A DNA stretch of 64,000 bases from Octopus vulgaris (GCA_951406725.2 OX597827.1:50530001-50594000), one strand, 5' to 3'. Positions 13,100-27,359 are shown, counted from the first letter of the stretch. A program made the numbers and translations. The notes: generated from the sequence alone by a model not told the origin.

Positions 13100-14470
13100 G
13101 TGAGTGGACGGAAGCTTGATTTTTGTAGAGAACGGATGGCATGAGGCCCAAGCCTGGAGTGAATTTTATTGTAGATGTTGTTTGAATATTTTCCACATCA
13201 GACAAGTGTTACAGCGCTCACAACAGTGTTGAAGGGTATAAAGTCTGAGTTTCTTGGAACGCTCCCAATAATCAAGACCTATTATTTTTTGTGATTGATT
13301 TCTGGGGTGCCTCAATTTTCATATTTTGTTTCATGTAGGAAGTCGATAGCGGACAACAGTATTGAAGGTGAGGACATACGAAGGTGAGGAAAGAGAAGGA
13401 TAATGGTAGGAGAGTTTCTAAATCGGAATGTCCTGAGCATCCAGGTGCATTCGAAGCGGGCCATGTAGACTTTGCCGTTTATGTGGGTATTCCAGCTTGA
13501 GTTGTCGGCTGTTATTCCAAAGTTTCTGTCAGTGTTTAACGACATGAGGGGAGAGTGCATGATACCTTAAGTGCAGCGTCTTTACCGAAGTCGATTAATC
13601 CAAATTTTTTTCTACTTATTGCCATTTTGTTCTCTTTGGATAAGAGCGAGCAGATCCGATTCGAGATTATTCCGGCCTGCTATTCTGTCAACGACCTTCA
13701 GAAATTTAATCATCTGCGAAAATTCTAATTGTACCGTGTTTGATGACGTCAGTGGTGTGATTGATGTAAACAATGAAAAGGAGTGTATCCAATACAAATG
13801 TCGGATCTTTCGGTTTGAACGGCAGTTTTTAAAAATAATTTCCACGTAACTAAACACTTTAAAACTTCGTATACTCGTAGAATGTGTTTATAAAACATTT
13901 TTTTCTCTTGGCTTTATTGAGAAAATTCTATAGTTTGTAAGATATTTGTTGTTTTTTTTTTTCTTCAATTTCTGCAATTTCAACCAATCAATGATGTCTA
14001 TTGAGATGGAAACATTCTGTGCCGTATGAATATGTCCCTCGTTTAAGAAACAGATTGGTTTTATTTACATTTCTGAAGAAAAAAAAAGACACCCTTCCCC
14101 CACCCCTAACCCTAACTAACCTTAACTCTAACCCTAACCCTAAAACAGATTGAAAGGCAATAGATCGATACTAGGGTCATAATTATAGGTGACAATTTCA
14201 TATGACACCGCTAGAAAAAACTGCCGGTCAAACCGAAAAGATGTCTTTGTGGAACGCCAGTAACGCTTCTCGTTGAGCTTGATCGAATACCGTCGATCAC
14301 AGTATGCTGAATTCTATTCGCAGGAAAACATTAAATTCACTTTAACAGTTTCCCTCGGACTCCAATGTTGGACATTTTCTTTAATAGGATGCTGTAGTTA
14401 ACCTTATCGAATGCCGTGCTAAAGTCAAGATGTATGACATCTTCACTACCAGCGACTTGTTGCTCATTTT
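13100..14470 (-). pseudogene. Decayed CR1-group LINE reverse-transcriptase remnant, interrupted by a MITE
   Basis: Minus strand reads DVIHLDFSTAFDKVNY, VTGVPQ, MLRTFR, LYTLQHCCERCNTCLMWKI; collinear with the RT at 36830-39247 (EVIYLDFAKAFDKVDH, GVPQG, IIRTFR, LYSLERRRERYAIIYIWKI). Confidence 0.75.
13803..14242 (+). mobile_element. GGATC MITE, copy 2
   Basis: Same TIRs and body as copy 1; right terminus and TSD partly deleted (left caaatgtc, right atgtc). Confidence 0.88.
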
Positions 14471-15353
14471 GAAAAGTGGGACAATCGACTTGGATAGGAC
14501 ATTTTGGGGGTAATATTGCCAGTGCCTAATGATTTTTTTCCAGGGGAATACTGGTTGATGTCGACACTCCCTCGGGGCTCTAGTGGTCTAGTGGGGAAGC
14601 TGCGAATTTGTTGGAGCATGTAGCTAATGTGTGTGTGTGTATGTTCGTTTTGCACAATGATTTGACTATTTTACATATCATTACAATGTCATTGATTGAT
14701 GAATTCTTGTAATATTGCAATTTATTAAAACAAACTAGAAAAATATGTGGACAATACAGTAGAGTACCTGATTAAATACGTGTCAGTATTTAGATATAGC
14801 CATCGACCTTCACGTGTGCCAAGTAAATGTTTCTCTCAGATATTCTTTGATTTCCTCCCTCTGTGTGTGGTGGGGGGGGGGGGCGTTTGATAGTATTAAT
14901 ACACTAGTAATAATTTGTTTTAAGTCGAAGTATACTTGGTCCTGCTTCCCTTAATATGAAATATAGTAACACACAGGCATTCACACACACACATAGCCCC
15001 CGCACACACTACACAAACACGCACACGAACACACATATTTGTATTTCTCACATTAGGGAATACACAAACACCTAGCATCTATATTTCTCTGTTCAAACTA
15101 TAAGCAAAGCCTAAAAGACAATTATATTAAATTAATTTTGTCATTATCAGTCAAATTTTACACAATTATTCTGGATTAGGTGTATCGCTGCTCGACCTTT
15201 CAGACACCGCTTTTCAAGGTTCAGATCTTAAAAGCGTGATTTTGAACTCAATCGATTTCACATTCGAGCGACATTCGTCACTTAATACATAACAGTAATA
15301 GGTTGATTTCAGTTAAGTCCATTACATATATCTTCCATGCGAACAGATGATTA

Positions 15354-15355
<2 letters not shown>

Positions 15356-15418
<63 letters not shown>

Positions 15419-15435
15419 TGTGTGCACGCGCGCGC
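15356..15435. repeat. (GT)n microsatellite
   Basis: Direct reading. Confidence 0.95.
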
Positions 15436-15715
15436 TAATGATATGTTGGAGAAGATGCTAGGATGGGCAAATGACAGTAAGATCTTTGACGAAGATGACT
15501 ATTTCTTTTAACGTATCATACTGAACATAATTGAATAGCACTTTTCTTGGTTTGCAAGTAAAATGCCCTGTAACTTTGCTGTTAAAGTCTGGGAAATAAG
15601 TAGAGAGTAGACATTGCAACAAGAGAATCCTTTCACAACATATTACATTGCAATTTGTTTAAATGCACAAATAAAATCTCTTCATAGACTTGCGTCAAAA
15701 GTAAAATATATATCT

Positions 15716-15935
15716 ATTTCTTTACTACCCACAAGGGGCTAAACACAGAGAGGACAAACAAACGGATTAAGTCGATTACATCGACTCCAGTGTGTGATTG
15801 GTACTTAATTTATCGATTTCGAAAGGATAGAAGGCAAAGTCAACCTCGGCGGAATTTGAACTCAGAACGTAGCGGCAGACGAAATACGGCTACGCATTTC
15901 GCCCGGCGTGCTAACGCTTCTGCCAGCTCGCCGCC
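15716..15935 (-). mobile_element. Family B SINE
   Basis: Reverse complement of ggcggcgagctggcagaagcgttagc...gtttagccccttgtgggtagtaaagaaata. Confidence 0.87.
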
Positions 15936-16830
15936 TCTTGCTAGTGTGGATGATGGCAATCAGAGCACGATGGATATCATCGCTACAGTGACTCACGAGA
16001 ATAGTAGATGTATTTTTGCCTCTCTTGAAGCTTGTTACTGTCAGGTTCCTGATTGCCACCTGCTTAAACGGAATTCATGCCTTGGTATATAGGAAACTGA
16101 ATAAAATATTCATTGCTATTGTGGAAGATTCACTTTATTTCATGTGTTTCGAAAATAGAGAAATATCAAAATATTTCCTTCCATCTTAGATTATAATTTT
16201 ATAATGCAAAAGACCGAAAGAAGACCCGGCAAATTGAATGTTGATATTTGGGAGACAGATTTTCCAGTGTCAAATACTCGTTTTGCAGATTATTCAGAGA
16301 AGAAAAAGAAAGAAAAAGAAAAAAAAAATCAGAAATCTCTATAAAATTAAGCCAAAATCAAAAGAGGCCTTGACACAGTTGACTTCCTGCCTCAACTTTA
16401 ACCAGCAGGTCTCGACTGCGAGGACAGTATGGGTGTTGCCACCCGTAACGTAGAGAAGAGAAAAATCAATAACTAGAGGGGTCTGGTCGGCCGCTATCAG
16501 TTTGTACCGGTTGCCGTCGAGACATCAGCTATTCTCGGACCCTGTATTACTAATTTTCTCAACAAAATAGGAAATAATAGCAGCCCGTCAGAGAAATGAT
16601 CTTTGTGAGATGCAATGACTGCTGCAGCGAGTGTCACCAGCCGTACTCCATGGCAATGCTATCGCGGTTATTACTACGGCAAGTGGCTGAGAACATTTGT
16701 TCTGTGATTTTCGGCCCAATCACTTCCTTCCCCTTCATATTCTGCTGGTTTACCCCCACCTTTTTCCTTTTTTCTTTCTTCTTGTTTCTTTGTATTTAAA
16801 TAGGAATAAAAAAAAATCAAAGATTTTATA

Positions 16831-17009
16831 GGCGCAGGAGTGGCTGTATGGTAAGTAGCTTGTTTACCAACCACATGGTTCCGGGTTCAGTCCCACTGCG
16901 TGGCACCTTGGGCAAGTGTCTTCTACTATAGCCTCGGGCCGACCAAAGCCTTGTGGGTGGATTTGGTAGACGGAAACTGAAAGAAGCCCGTCGTATATAT
17001 GTACATATG

Positions 17010-17079
<70 letters not shown>

Positions 17080-17300
17080 TGTGTGTGTTTGTGTGTCTGT
17101 GTTTGTCCCCCTAGCATTGCTTGACAACCGATGCTGGTGTGTTTATGTCCCCGTTACTTAGCGGTTCGGCAAAAGAGACCGATAGAATAAGTACTGAGCT
17201 TACAAAAGAATAAGTCCCGGGGTCGAGTTGCTCGATTAAAGGCGGTGCTCCAGCATGGCCGCAGTCAAATGACTGAAACAAGTAAAAGAGTAAAAAGAGT
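16831..17300 (+). mobile_element. Family A SINE, full-length
   Basis: Pol III A box tggctgtatgg, B box ggttcagtccc, CORE-like caccttgggcaagt, internal (TA)n/(GT)n, and a 3' tail ending (gagtaaaa)n. Confidence 0.88.
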
Positions 17301-20151
17301 ATGTTAACAAAATATGGAACTCATAAGAATACAGCCACTTGTGCGTGTATGTATATATTGATTTGTGCGCGTGTATGTTTGTAGCATTTGCTGTGTGCGT
17401 ATGTGGTTGTTGTTGTTGTTCGCCTTAATCAGGAGGACAAATGATTGAAAACAGTCCAGCCATGGCAATCCTCCCTATATCTTAGGCACAGTGGTATATT
17501 GAACCACAATATGCAACGTGTCCTTCCTTTCCTAAGACGATGTAATGTAAGTTTTAAGAAAATATGGCTGGTGATTTCTAGCAATTCGAGAGATTCAATG
17601 AAGAGAAGAAAATGTTGTTGTTCTATTACTGATCTCGGAGTCAGTAGGTAACGGAACCAGTGTCGAATTAAAGATTTTATAGGCTTTAATTATGTCCTTT
17701 TGCGTTTCGATCAATAATACTATTGCACCAATAGTATTCACGTTCCTATTTTATTGGATTATTACATTTTTTACTCTTCCCTGCATAATTAATTCTCTCT
17801 TTCTCTCTCTCTCATTTTATACATACTTAAATTCTGACGCACACAAATTTAGAACGTTCGCAGCGACTAATGCAAGGGGAGTAACTCATCAATATGGTAT
17901 AGGATTATGCACCCTGAAATTATTATAGGTAAATTAGTTTTCTCAGCTGAGTGCTTCGTTCTTAATGTTGCGACTCAGATTATTAATTAACTCAGTATTA
18001 AGTCATTGAACTGTAATTAGATATCGATTTATTTCATTATGGACACTTTCATGGTATTAACATTCAGTTCAACTAACAAGAGTCAACTCGATGTATTTTT
18101 TTTGTTCTTCTAGTAAACCCCTTAATATCAGTGGTTCGTACTTGTCCCAACAAGGGCTGGTATTGATGCAACCCTCCCCTCTATGTTTTAAATAGTGCTC
18201 TCAGTTTAGCCAGTAATCCTCTTCACTAACTGTTTTCCCTGAGACACATCATTTTTTGAGGCTCTTTAAACTTCATAAGAATGATATTATTAAATTATCT
18301 TGAGTCATATTAATTGAAATACTACTATTAAACATAATTCTGTCCACCAAATCCTTTTGATAACCGATCTGACCGCTTCATGATAAATTATTGTTAACAG
18401 CAGTGACTGATATATATTTTTCCTTTTTTTTTTTTTAAACTACGCATTTTACAACAAGCATTTTAGCATAATTTATATGTGAAGTAAAAAGAATATATAT
18501 TTAAAAAGGGTATTATATAATTTAACTTATAAAAAAAAGTTACATTGCAGAAAAGTTTTTAGCACCTATTGCTTTATTTAATTAATGAAACACAGTTATC
18601 AGGACTTTATATTTAAATTTTCAATTTGTATATCAATGTACATCATGCGACACACGTCGTCTAGGAAGCATCGGCCTTAGAGTAATCAAATGAATCTAAT
18701 TTTTCACAAATCAATGAGCGATCTGCTAGTTAGTCGGATCATCTCTTAAGAAATAATGCCCAAATTTCACTGATCTCTGAAACTGGAATGAGATACGTGG
18801 GAAAGTTAACCTCAGGCATACCTTGAGTGCTTGGACTTCACTAAAAATACTGAAATACCAGATGGTGATGCAAAAGCAGGCGACAGATTAAGACTGGAGG
18901 GCCACATTGCATTGCTTCACGGTGCTTTAAAAAGACAGTCCGTTCACTACGAATTTCATATCCACCAAAAATTCATAAATTGTCATCATAACGTTATCTG
19001 TAGAATATTACCTAGTCACTAAGTCCAGACTGATGAAAAAGCACATAAACACCAAAATAATATAAAGTAAGTTCTGAAAATAGATAACTATTGCGTTCGG
19101 ACCAAGTCCATTTGGCCGGACCTACAAAATCAAAAATAGAGGAAACACAGCCGGCTTCTTCTGTGCGATACTCCGCTCAACGAGTATGATATACTGTGTG
19201 ATATACAATTTCCTAAATTCACTTCTTATGCACTGGCAGTTTTAAGCAACCTGCTTGTCTACCACAAACCTGTTGAAATATAACTGAATTTGTCCTTACA
19301 AAATAGTTCAGTTATATTACACGTTGCATCTATCAGTACGGCTGTTAATGTAATTACCACCAGCTGAGTTTGTGACTAAAATAACACGATTGTAAACCAA
19401 GTAGATGTTATCCTATGTATAGCTTGACCTGCACCCATTTCTGGAGTTCACCGCTGAAACAAAATTTAATTTCCTAGCAATAAATGTATCTTCCAATCTA
19501 TAAAGAACAGTTTATTCTGCATCTATCTTAGTTTTTTTTTTGTTTTGTTTTTTATCTCAACAGAACTTTCATATAAACTTGCATAAAATGTAAACAAGAG
19601 CTTATGTCTCATAACGCAAGGGATTAAAGTATATCTCCTTCCAGAAGATTCAGAAAGAAAAATATAAAATGGAAAACAATCTAAATCTCTTCGAGTTTTC
19701 CTATATCTACTAAATATTATTTATATTTAAATCTGTTAACTGTATTGAAAAAATGTAGACAGAAAGAGAAAATCGAATCATTGTATCTAGGTACAATTGA
19801 TAATAACCAACCCATTCTAAAACTAGAAATATCATTTATTAACTTGTATAAAATAAATTATTTTCAATTCATCCTAAAAAGATTAATTTAATGTATGGAA
19901 ATGAGTGTGTAAACAGTAAATGGCCACTATTTTGAAGCTAAACGGACACAATTTCCCATCCTTTCAAATTCAGTTCTATACAACGGATCCGTTTTTCACC
20001 CACGCGTTCAGCAACGTAATATATTCAAAATAGTAACCTAACGGGAAAATAAAAAAGAAATCTACCTATCATTCTATGTGATGACCGAGAAGTGAGTGAG
20101 TGGATATACGTTTGAGCAAATTTTTAGAGACAGTTTATGGTTTGCGCATAA

Positions 20152-20359
20152 ATGATAATAATAATAATAATAATAATAATAATTAATAATAATGATAATA
20201 ATAATGATGATAATAATGATGATAATAATGATGATAATAATGATAATAATAATAATGATGATAATAATGATAATAATAATAATGATGATAATAATGATGA
20301 TAATAATGATGATAATAATGATGATAATAATAATGATAATAATAATGATAATAATAATG

Positions 20360-20398
<39 letters not shown>
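20152..20398. repeat. (AAT)n/(GAT) compound trinucleotide repeat
   Basis: Direct reading. Confidence 0.95.
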
Positions 20399-20629
20399 GT
20401 AACACATTATGTCATAACACGTTTGTGAATATGCGAATGTATAAAAATCAAATATAAATAAATATGAATGAACACTAGTGACAAACCGAACAACGGATTA
20501 AACTATCATCCAAATACTGCTTAAACACGCTCGTACACGCAACCACATACACACAATTACACACACACACACACACTTGTAAATATTGTCTCATATATAT
20601 ACTAAAGTTAGATGAGGCCAATTTATGGG

Positions 20630-20833
20630 ATAACCTTGGGTATCGCGGGTGGTACTTTCCAAAACCTCCCATAGAGGTAATTAAAATCTAAAAAAATATA
20701 AATACCTATCGGCTCCAGAAACCCGCGATATATACTGATGATTCTGCGATAAAAATTTACATATATTAGCCAAAAAAATCCGCGATGTACTGAATGCGCT
20801 ATAGGTGAACCGCGATATGGCAAGGCATTACTA
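20630..20833. mobile_element. Probable pogo/Tigger-like MITE remnant
   Basis: Right end reads on the minus strand TA|tagtaatgccttgccatatcgcggttcacc, with several internal ccgcgat motifs; left TIR unclear. Confidence 0.4.
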
Positions 20834-20902
20834 TATATATATATATCCAAATATTTATATTTATATATGTAAAATATCTCCAAATATTGCAACTGTATAC
20901 GG

Positions 20903-21590
20903 TGTATGTATGTATGTATGTATGTATGTATGTATGTATGTATGTATGTATGTATGTATGTATGTATGTATGTATGTCCGTATGCATGCATGTATGTATG
21001 TATGTATGTATGTATGTATGTCCGTATGTATGTATGTCCGTATGTATGTATGTCCGTATGTATGTATGTATGTATGTCCGTATGTATGCATGTCTGTATG
21101 TATGTCCGTATGTATGTATGTCCGTATGTCCGTATGTATGTATGTCCGTATGTATGTATGTATGTCCGTATGTATGTATGTATGTATGTACGTACGTATG
21201 TATGTATTTACGTATGTACGTATGTGTGTATGTCCGTATGTATGTATGTACGTCTGTATGTATGTATGTATGTATGTACGTACGTCCGTACGTATGTTTG
21301 TATGTATGTATGTATGTATGTATGTATGTATGTATGCATGTATGTATGCAGATCTTTAGTTGGGCTAAAAAGTCACATTCGATCACAGCACCAATAACAG
21401 TTAAGCTTCGTGCAATGACCATACGCGATAACGTGGGGGCAGCCATAATGTATATATGCACGCATGTATGTATGTATGTATGTATGTATGTACGTACGTT
21501 TGTATGTATGTATGTATGTATGTATGTATGTACGTATGTACGTACGTATGTACGTACGTATGCATGTATGTACGTACGTATGTATATATG
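20903..21590. repeat. (ATGT)n array with ATGTCCGT/ACGT variants, split by an ~115-bp unique insert
   Basis: Direct reading. Confidence 0.93.
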
Positions 21591-21979
21591 TAGTAGCGTT
21601 ATACACTGTTAAAACGTTTTTAGATATCATGTAAAATATCTTTTGTTGACAGTTTATCAACGTCGGCTGCCTGTACTGAATATTTCCTCAAGCTATTGCC
21701 TCTCACACACATTATATCTCACTATTTGGTAAATGAGACTGGAGGGACAACAAGCGCAATGACGAAACTAGAACCGGTGATCTGTTGCGTTACAACACAC
21801 TGAAATGGCACAAGATTATTCTAAAATTGAGTCGTGAGATAGCAGCAGCTTTTGAGAAAGCGCCCTTAAAATAGCAATTTCGCCAGTTTCTGAAACTGTT
21901 TGCATATGACTCGTAGGATCGATTATTCTCGTAAATTGGACAGTATGACACATGATTTATACATGCATTTATGCATACA

Positions 21980-22422
21980 TTCTCTCTCTCTCTCTCCCTC
22001 TCTCTCTCTCTCTTCCTCTCTCTCACTCACTCACTCACTCACTCACTCACTCACTCACTCACTCACTCACATACACCACACACACTACACACATACTCAC
22101 CACACTTACATACCACACACACATACACACACATACACACACACATACACATGCACCACACATACACTACACACATACTCTCCACACTTACATGCCACAC
22201 ACACACATACACACACACATACACACACACATACACATGCACCACACATACACTACACACATACTCTCCACACTTACATGCCACACACACACACACACAC
22301 ACACACACATTCACTTATACACCACACACACACAAACTTTTATACACCACACACACAAACGAACACATACAAACAAACATACACAAACACGCACACACAC
22401 ACACACACACATTCACACACAC
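21980..22422. repeat. (CT)n-(CACT)n-(CA)n complex with higher-order repeat
   Basis: Recurring catgcaccacacatacactacacacatactctccacacttacatgcc units. Confidence 0.9.
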
Positions 22423-22625
22423 GTCATTTATTTAAGAGACTCACATCTGAGCTGTTATATCAAATATGGTCGAAACCACAATATAGTTTTAAATAAATTA
22501 TACAAAAACACTACATTATGTATTGATTAGTATCGTTCGTTTTACTCCTATCAACGAATAATTTATACGATATATATGTGTATGTATATGTGTGTGGATG
22601 TGAGAGTGTGTTGTGAGCGTATGTT

Positions 22626-23083
22626 GGATCTTTTCGGTTTGACCGGCAGTTTTTTAAAATAATTTCCACGTAACTAAACACTTTTAAACTTCGTAATACT
22701 GGTAGAATGTGTTTATAAAACATCTTTTTCTCTTGGCTTTATTGAGAAAATTCTATAGTTTGTAAGATATTTGTTGTTTTTCTTATCTTCAATTTCTGCA
22801 ATTTCAACCAATCAGTGACGTCTATTGAGGTGAACACATTCTGTGCCGTATGAATATGTCCCTCGTTTAAGAAACAGATTGGGTTTATTTACATTTGTGA
22901 AGAAAAAAAGATACCCTTCCCCCACCCCTAACCCTAACTAACCCTAACTAACTCAAACTAACCTTAACTAACCCTAATCCTAAAACAGATTGAAATGCAA
23001 TAGATCGATACTAGGGTCATAATTAGGGGTGACAATTTCATATGACACCGCTAGAAAATCTGCCGTTCAAACCGAAAAGATCC
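22626..23083 (+). mobile_element. GGATC MITE, copy 3
   Basis: TIRs as copy 1; perfect 8-bp TSD cgtatgtt (22618-22625, 23084-23091). Confidence 0.92.
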
Positions 23084-23279
23084 CGTATGTTTATTATTAT
23101 AGGATACAGAAATTAGTTAAAAGCAACTGAGATTCGTGATAGCGATTATTCTAAGAATTGAATTACGAAAGAACAGATATTTGTAAAAGCTTCAAAATAC
23201 GATTGGTCATTGATATGTTTAATTTTTATGTGCAGGTTTACGTGATCTTTACATGTCCTAACGCACGCACACACACACA

Positions 23280-23323
<44 letters not shown>

Positions 23324-23520
23324 CACACTGTAGAGAGGAAGAAAGAGAAGTAGATGTTTAGAATAATGTTACAGGGAGTTAATGTTTGATAATCCTTACT
23401 CAGTCATCAAGCAGGATTTGGAAGTTGGCATTCTGAGCGTGACAGCTGTCTATGATAACATTACGACGACAAACTTTTTTGAAGTTTTGAAGTTTTAATA
23501 AGTTTTAATGATTTAAGTTG

Positions 23521-23932
23521 GGATCTTTTCGGTTTGAACGGCAGTTTTTTCTAGCGGTGTCATATGAAATTGTCACCCATAATTATGACCCTAGTATCGA
23601 TCTATTGCATTTCAATCTGTTTTAGAGTTAGGGGTGGGGGAAGGGTGTCTTTTTTTTTCTTCAGAAATGTAAATAAAACCAATCTGTTTCTTAAACGAGG
23701 GACATATTCATACGGCACAGAATGTTTTTTACCGCAATAGACGTATTTGATTGTTTGAAATTACAGAAATTGGAGTAAAAACACAACAAATATCTTACAA
23801 ACTATAGAATTTTCTCAATAAAGCCAAGAGAAAGAGATGTTTTATAAACACATTCTACCAGTATACGAAGTTAAAAATTTTTTAGTTACGTGGAAATTAT
23901 GTTAAAAACTGCCGTTCAAACCGAAAAGATCC
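23521..23932 (-). mobile_element. GGATC MITE, copy 4 (inverted), inserted in Merlin copy 1
   Basis: Both TIRs intact; degenerate TSD ttaagttg/taaagtcg. Confidence 0.9.
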
Positions 23933-24220
23933 TAAAGTCGTATGAAATGTTGGAATTGGCATATAAACAATATAAATAGGAAATATCCAACATGCATTGT
24001 TTTTTGGGGGGAGGGGGTGCTGTGTGCGAAAAATGATAAAACTTGCAACTGTAGGTTAAGTTACAAAAAAAAAGAAAACTGATAATGTGGTTCACTGTTC
24101 TGCGTCGAAAACTATAACCACTAATTTCAGGAATGTGAGAGCAGGCCTATCACAACACACGGAAAATCATGGTTTTCTCGATTTCTCGAAAAACCGACTG
24201 ACGTATGCATTCTTCTAGTG

Positions 24221-24398
24221 CAGTGTTTCCCAAACTGTGTATCGCGACATATTAGTGTGTTGCCAGCAGGGCGTAGGTGTGTCAGCAAACCAATATATGA
24301 AATGCCCAATACCAATTTGTTTCGGAATCTGTTAGCATGGTGAACACGTCAATGCCTATACCTACCGGCTATCGCTTCCCACTTGATGTGTGGAGGCG

Positions 24399-24436
<38 letters not shown>

Positions 24437-27118
24437 GAGGGAAGGAAGGAAAGAAAGAAATCTTCACTATGTAACGCTCATTTTCATTATATTTTATTCA
24501 GTGTAAAAGAATTAACATATTGGAAGCGTTATTCCTTTGTCCGAAGTGAACTGAAAATCGATTAAAATTTTCAACTCCGCACCTGTTTTCGTGAGCGAAA
24601 CACACTGGAACTGCTTTCAAATTGCCAAAAGTTATTGTTCATCTATTTTGATATTACGCATTACTGAGGGTGAACTAATAATTATAAAATCATATTAAAC
24701 TCAATTTCGTAAATTGGACAGTATGACACATGATTTGCCCCTTGTTCATCAGTCACGCGGGCTTAACTTTAGATACCGGGTGTTCTAATTAAGTGCAACG
24801 TGCCATTTCTAACTTTATCGTGCTTAGTGATGGTGATATTAAATACATGCTTATTTATCGTAACTTAAATCAGTTTTATTCATAAATTGTGATTAAAATG
24901 GATAAATTTTAAGAAAAGTAACGTTGCAGAAGATGACATTTCCAATGAACAAAATTTAAACAACTACGAAGGAAACCTTTCAAACAACAGTTAAACGACC
25001 TGCGTCGGTGAGTGGGAAGGGCACAGGAAAAAGTTTTAAACCTCTTTTATACAACAAAGATTATATAAAAGTGGGCTTCACATTTTCTGGAAATGAAAAC
25101 AATCATACTTCCCTGTGGGGATATACTTGCAAACAAAAGTACGGTACCAAACAAATTAAAGTGTCGTTTCAGCACTAGATACGGAAATGTGTGAACAAAA
25201 CCAGTGAAATACTTCATTGAACTTTCAAAATCTCTAAAAAAGCAGGCTTCAACTTTCACAAAGAGAATGAAGATATCACACAAAGCTCCAGAGGCAAGTT
25301 AATTGGTTGCTCAAATAATTGCCCAAAGCAAGGAACGACATAGAATTGCTGAAAGTACTATAAAGGAATCTTGTTATGCTATTGTTCGAACAATGTTTGG
25401 ACCGGAATTTGAGATAGAAGTTAAAATATTTCTGCGACAGAAAACACAATGGGAAGGCGAATTCAAGATATGTCTGATGATATTAAGCTGCTAATGAAGA
25501 ATATTTTTCAAGATAATAGCATGATGTTTGCATGATGTTAGACGAATCAACAAATGTTAGTGGGTTAGCACAATTGATGGTTTTTAGACGTTCCATTTAT
25601 AATGACAGAATTATTGAGCTTCTTGTGTTGCCTAAGAACTTCCATCCATTGAGAACTAGAATTGAAGATAATTTTGAAGCTTCTGATTCTTTCATGAAGG
25701 AAAATAATTTGTTATGGTTAAACTGTGTAGGAATATTCACAGATGGCGTGCCCTCAATTGTAGGTTCAGCAAAAGGTTATATAACTTTAGCAAAAAAAAA
25801 AGAGAATTCAAATATTATGATTACTCATTGTTTTGGGGTTTTTTGTGGGGTTTTTTGGCATCGCGAGTCACTAATTGCGTAAACTGTTGGAAATGATTTA
25901 CGAAGAGTTACAAACGAAATGGTTCAAATGGTCAATTACATAAAAAGTAAACATCTTAAGTCAAGATTATTTGCATATATTTGTGAAGAAATGGGAGCAA
26001 ATTTCACACAGAGGTTCACTGGCTTTCAAAAGGTCGTGTGCTTTGTCGTGTATACGAATTGAGAGAAATGATGCCTAAATCAACAGAATGAATTCTACGA
26101 TCTGATTCAATACGAACTTTGGTGCACCAAATTGGCGTATCTTTCGGACATATTTGAACATTTGGATAAAATTAACACGGGTATGCAGGGAAAAGCAGAA
26201 AATATTTTAACATCGGCTGGTAAAATTTGTGCTACGAGAGACAATATAACAATTTGGAAACGCAAAGTAAAAGGAAATTTTGAAATATTTTCCAAATCTT
26301 GTGAGTACGAGCTAAAATGTGAGATAAGTTCGTTAATTGTTGGCCAGCTAACATTGCTTTTAGAGAAAACCTTGATATTATTCTCCAATTATTGAAATCC
26401 AAAAGTAAGATTGGATCAGAAATCCAAAAGTAAGATTGGATCAGAAATCCATTTCTTACAACAGCAACGATTAATTTTTCACTTACCGAAGGAGAAGAAC
26501 TAGCCGAAATCAAGAATGATCGGTGTCTGTTATTGATTTATGAAGTAGGGAACTTATAGAACGTTAGGATTCGTGTTTCAAAGAAGCATCCAAGCCTAGC
26601 TAAAAAAAAAAAACATTACAAATTCTTTTTCAGTTTTCTACTACATACATTTGCAAAGCATCTTTTCCAACAATGAATTTAAAGACATCGAAACGTGAAA
26701 ACTTGAAAATGATTGATAGTGAAATGCGTGTGTCATTATCTACAATCCCACCTAATAGCCAAAATCTCTGTTCTTCTCATCAGGCTTGTGTATTTCACTG
26801 GAATAGTAAGCTATAAAAGTTATGTTTTTTTTATTAATTTTTGCACATATTTACAGATTATTATAGATAAATGATAACTCACATTTCTCTTGAAAATGTA
26901 TGTAATTTTGTTTACAAATTATATATTTATAAAATATAGATGAACATTTTCACAACATCTCACGCTATTAAAATTGATTTATGCATCAGCTTCTTATAGC
27001 CGTGATAGATCATATTAAAATAATTAATGTTAGGTTTGCATAAAACTTAACTGGTGTGTCGCTAAATTATGTATGTTTAAAAAGTGTGTCACTAACCGGG
27101 AGAGCTTAGAAAACATTG
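24221..27118 (+). mobile_element. hAT (Buster/Charlie-type) transposon, full-length but decayed
   Basis: TIR cagtgtttcccaaact / agcttagaaaacattg (12/16); TSD ttctagtg / ttctggtg, matching the NTCTAG-type Charlie target. Confidence 0.85.
24898..26800 (+). pseudogene. hAT transposase pseudogene (ZBED5/ZBED8/SCAND3-like family)
   Basis: Frameshifted motifs: LDESTNVSGLAQL, CVGIFTDGVPSIVG, THCF..HRESL, LAYLSDIFEHLDKINTGMQG, WIRNPF, FSTTYIC. Confidence 0.85.
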
Positions 27119-27359
27119 TTCTGGTGTGTCGCAATTCCGACATGGAACCGCATAAAGAAAAACAAGTCTGGTCTCGCGGCACACTCCTCTGATAACCCAT
27201 TGATCAGTTTGCAAGCATCCTTCCTCGGTCGTATTTACATTTTGAAAAGATTGATTGTCTTTCTCAACAATCTTTCTAGGACCACCTACTTGAACTGGGT
27301 TGCAGAGCTTTCCTTTCTGCAACTATAACCATGTCTCACTACTACTATTTGTTGCAACT

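Noticed and set aside
16831-16905. tRNA genes at SINE heads
   Set aside because: A/B boxes are present but run into SINE bodies; no full cloverleaf or T-run terminator.
18660-19480. Moderately GC-rich stretch, possible old transposase or exon
   Set aside because: No convincing motif in six frames.
26394-26448. 25-bp tandem duplication in the hAT ORF
   Set aside because: Ordinary slippage-type decay in a pseudogene.
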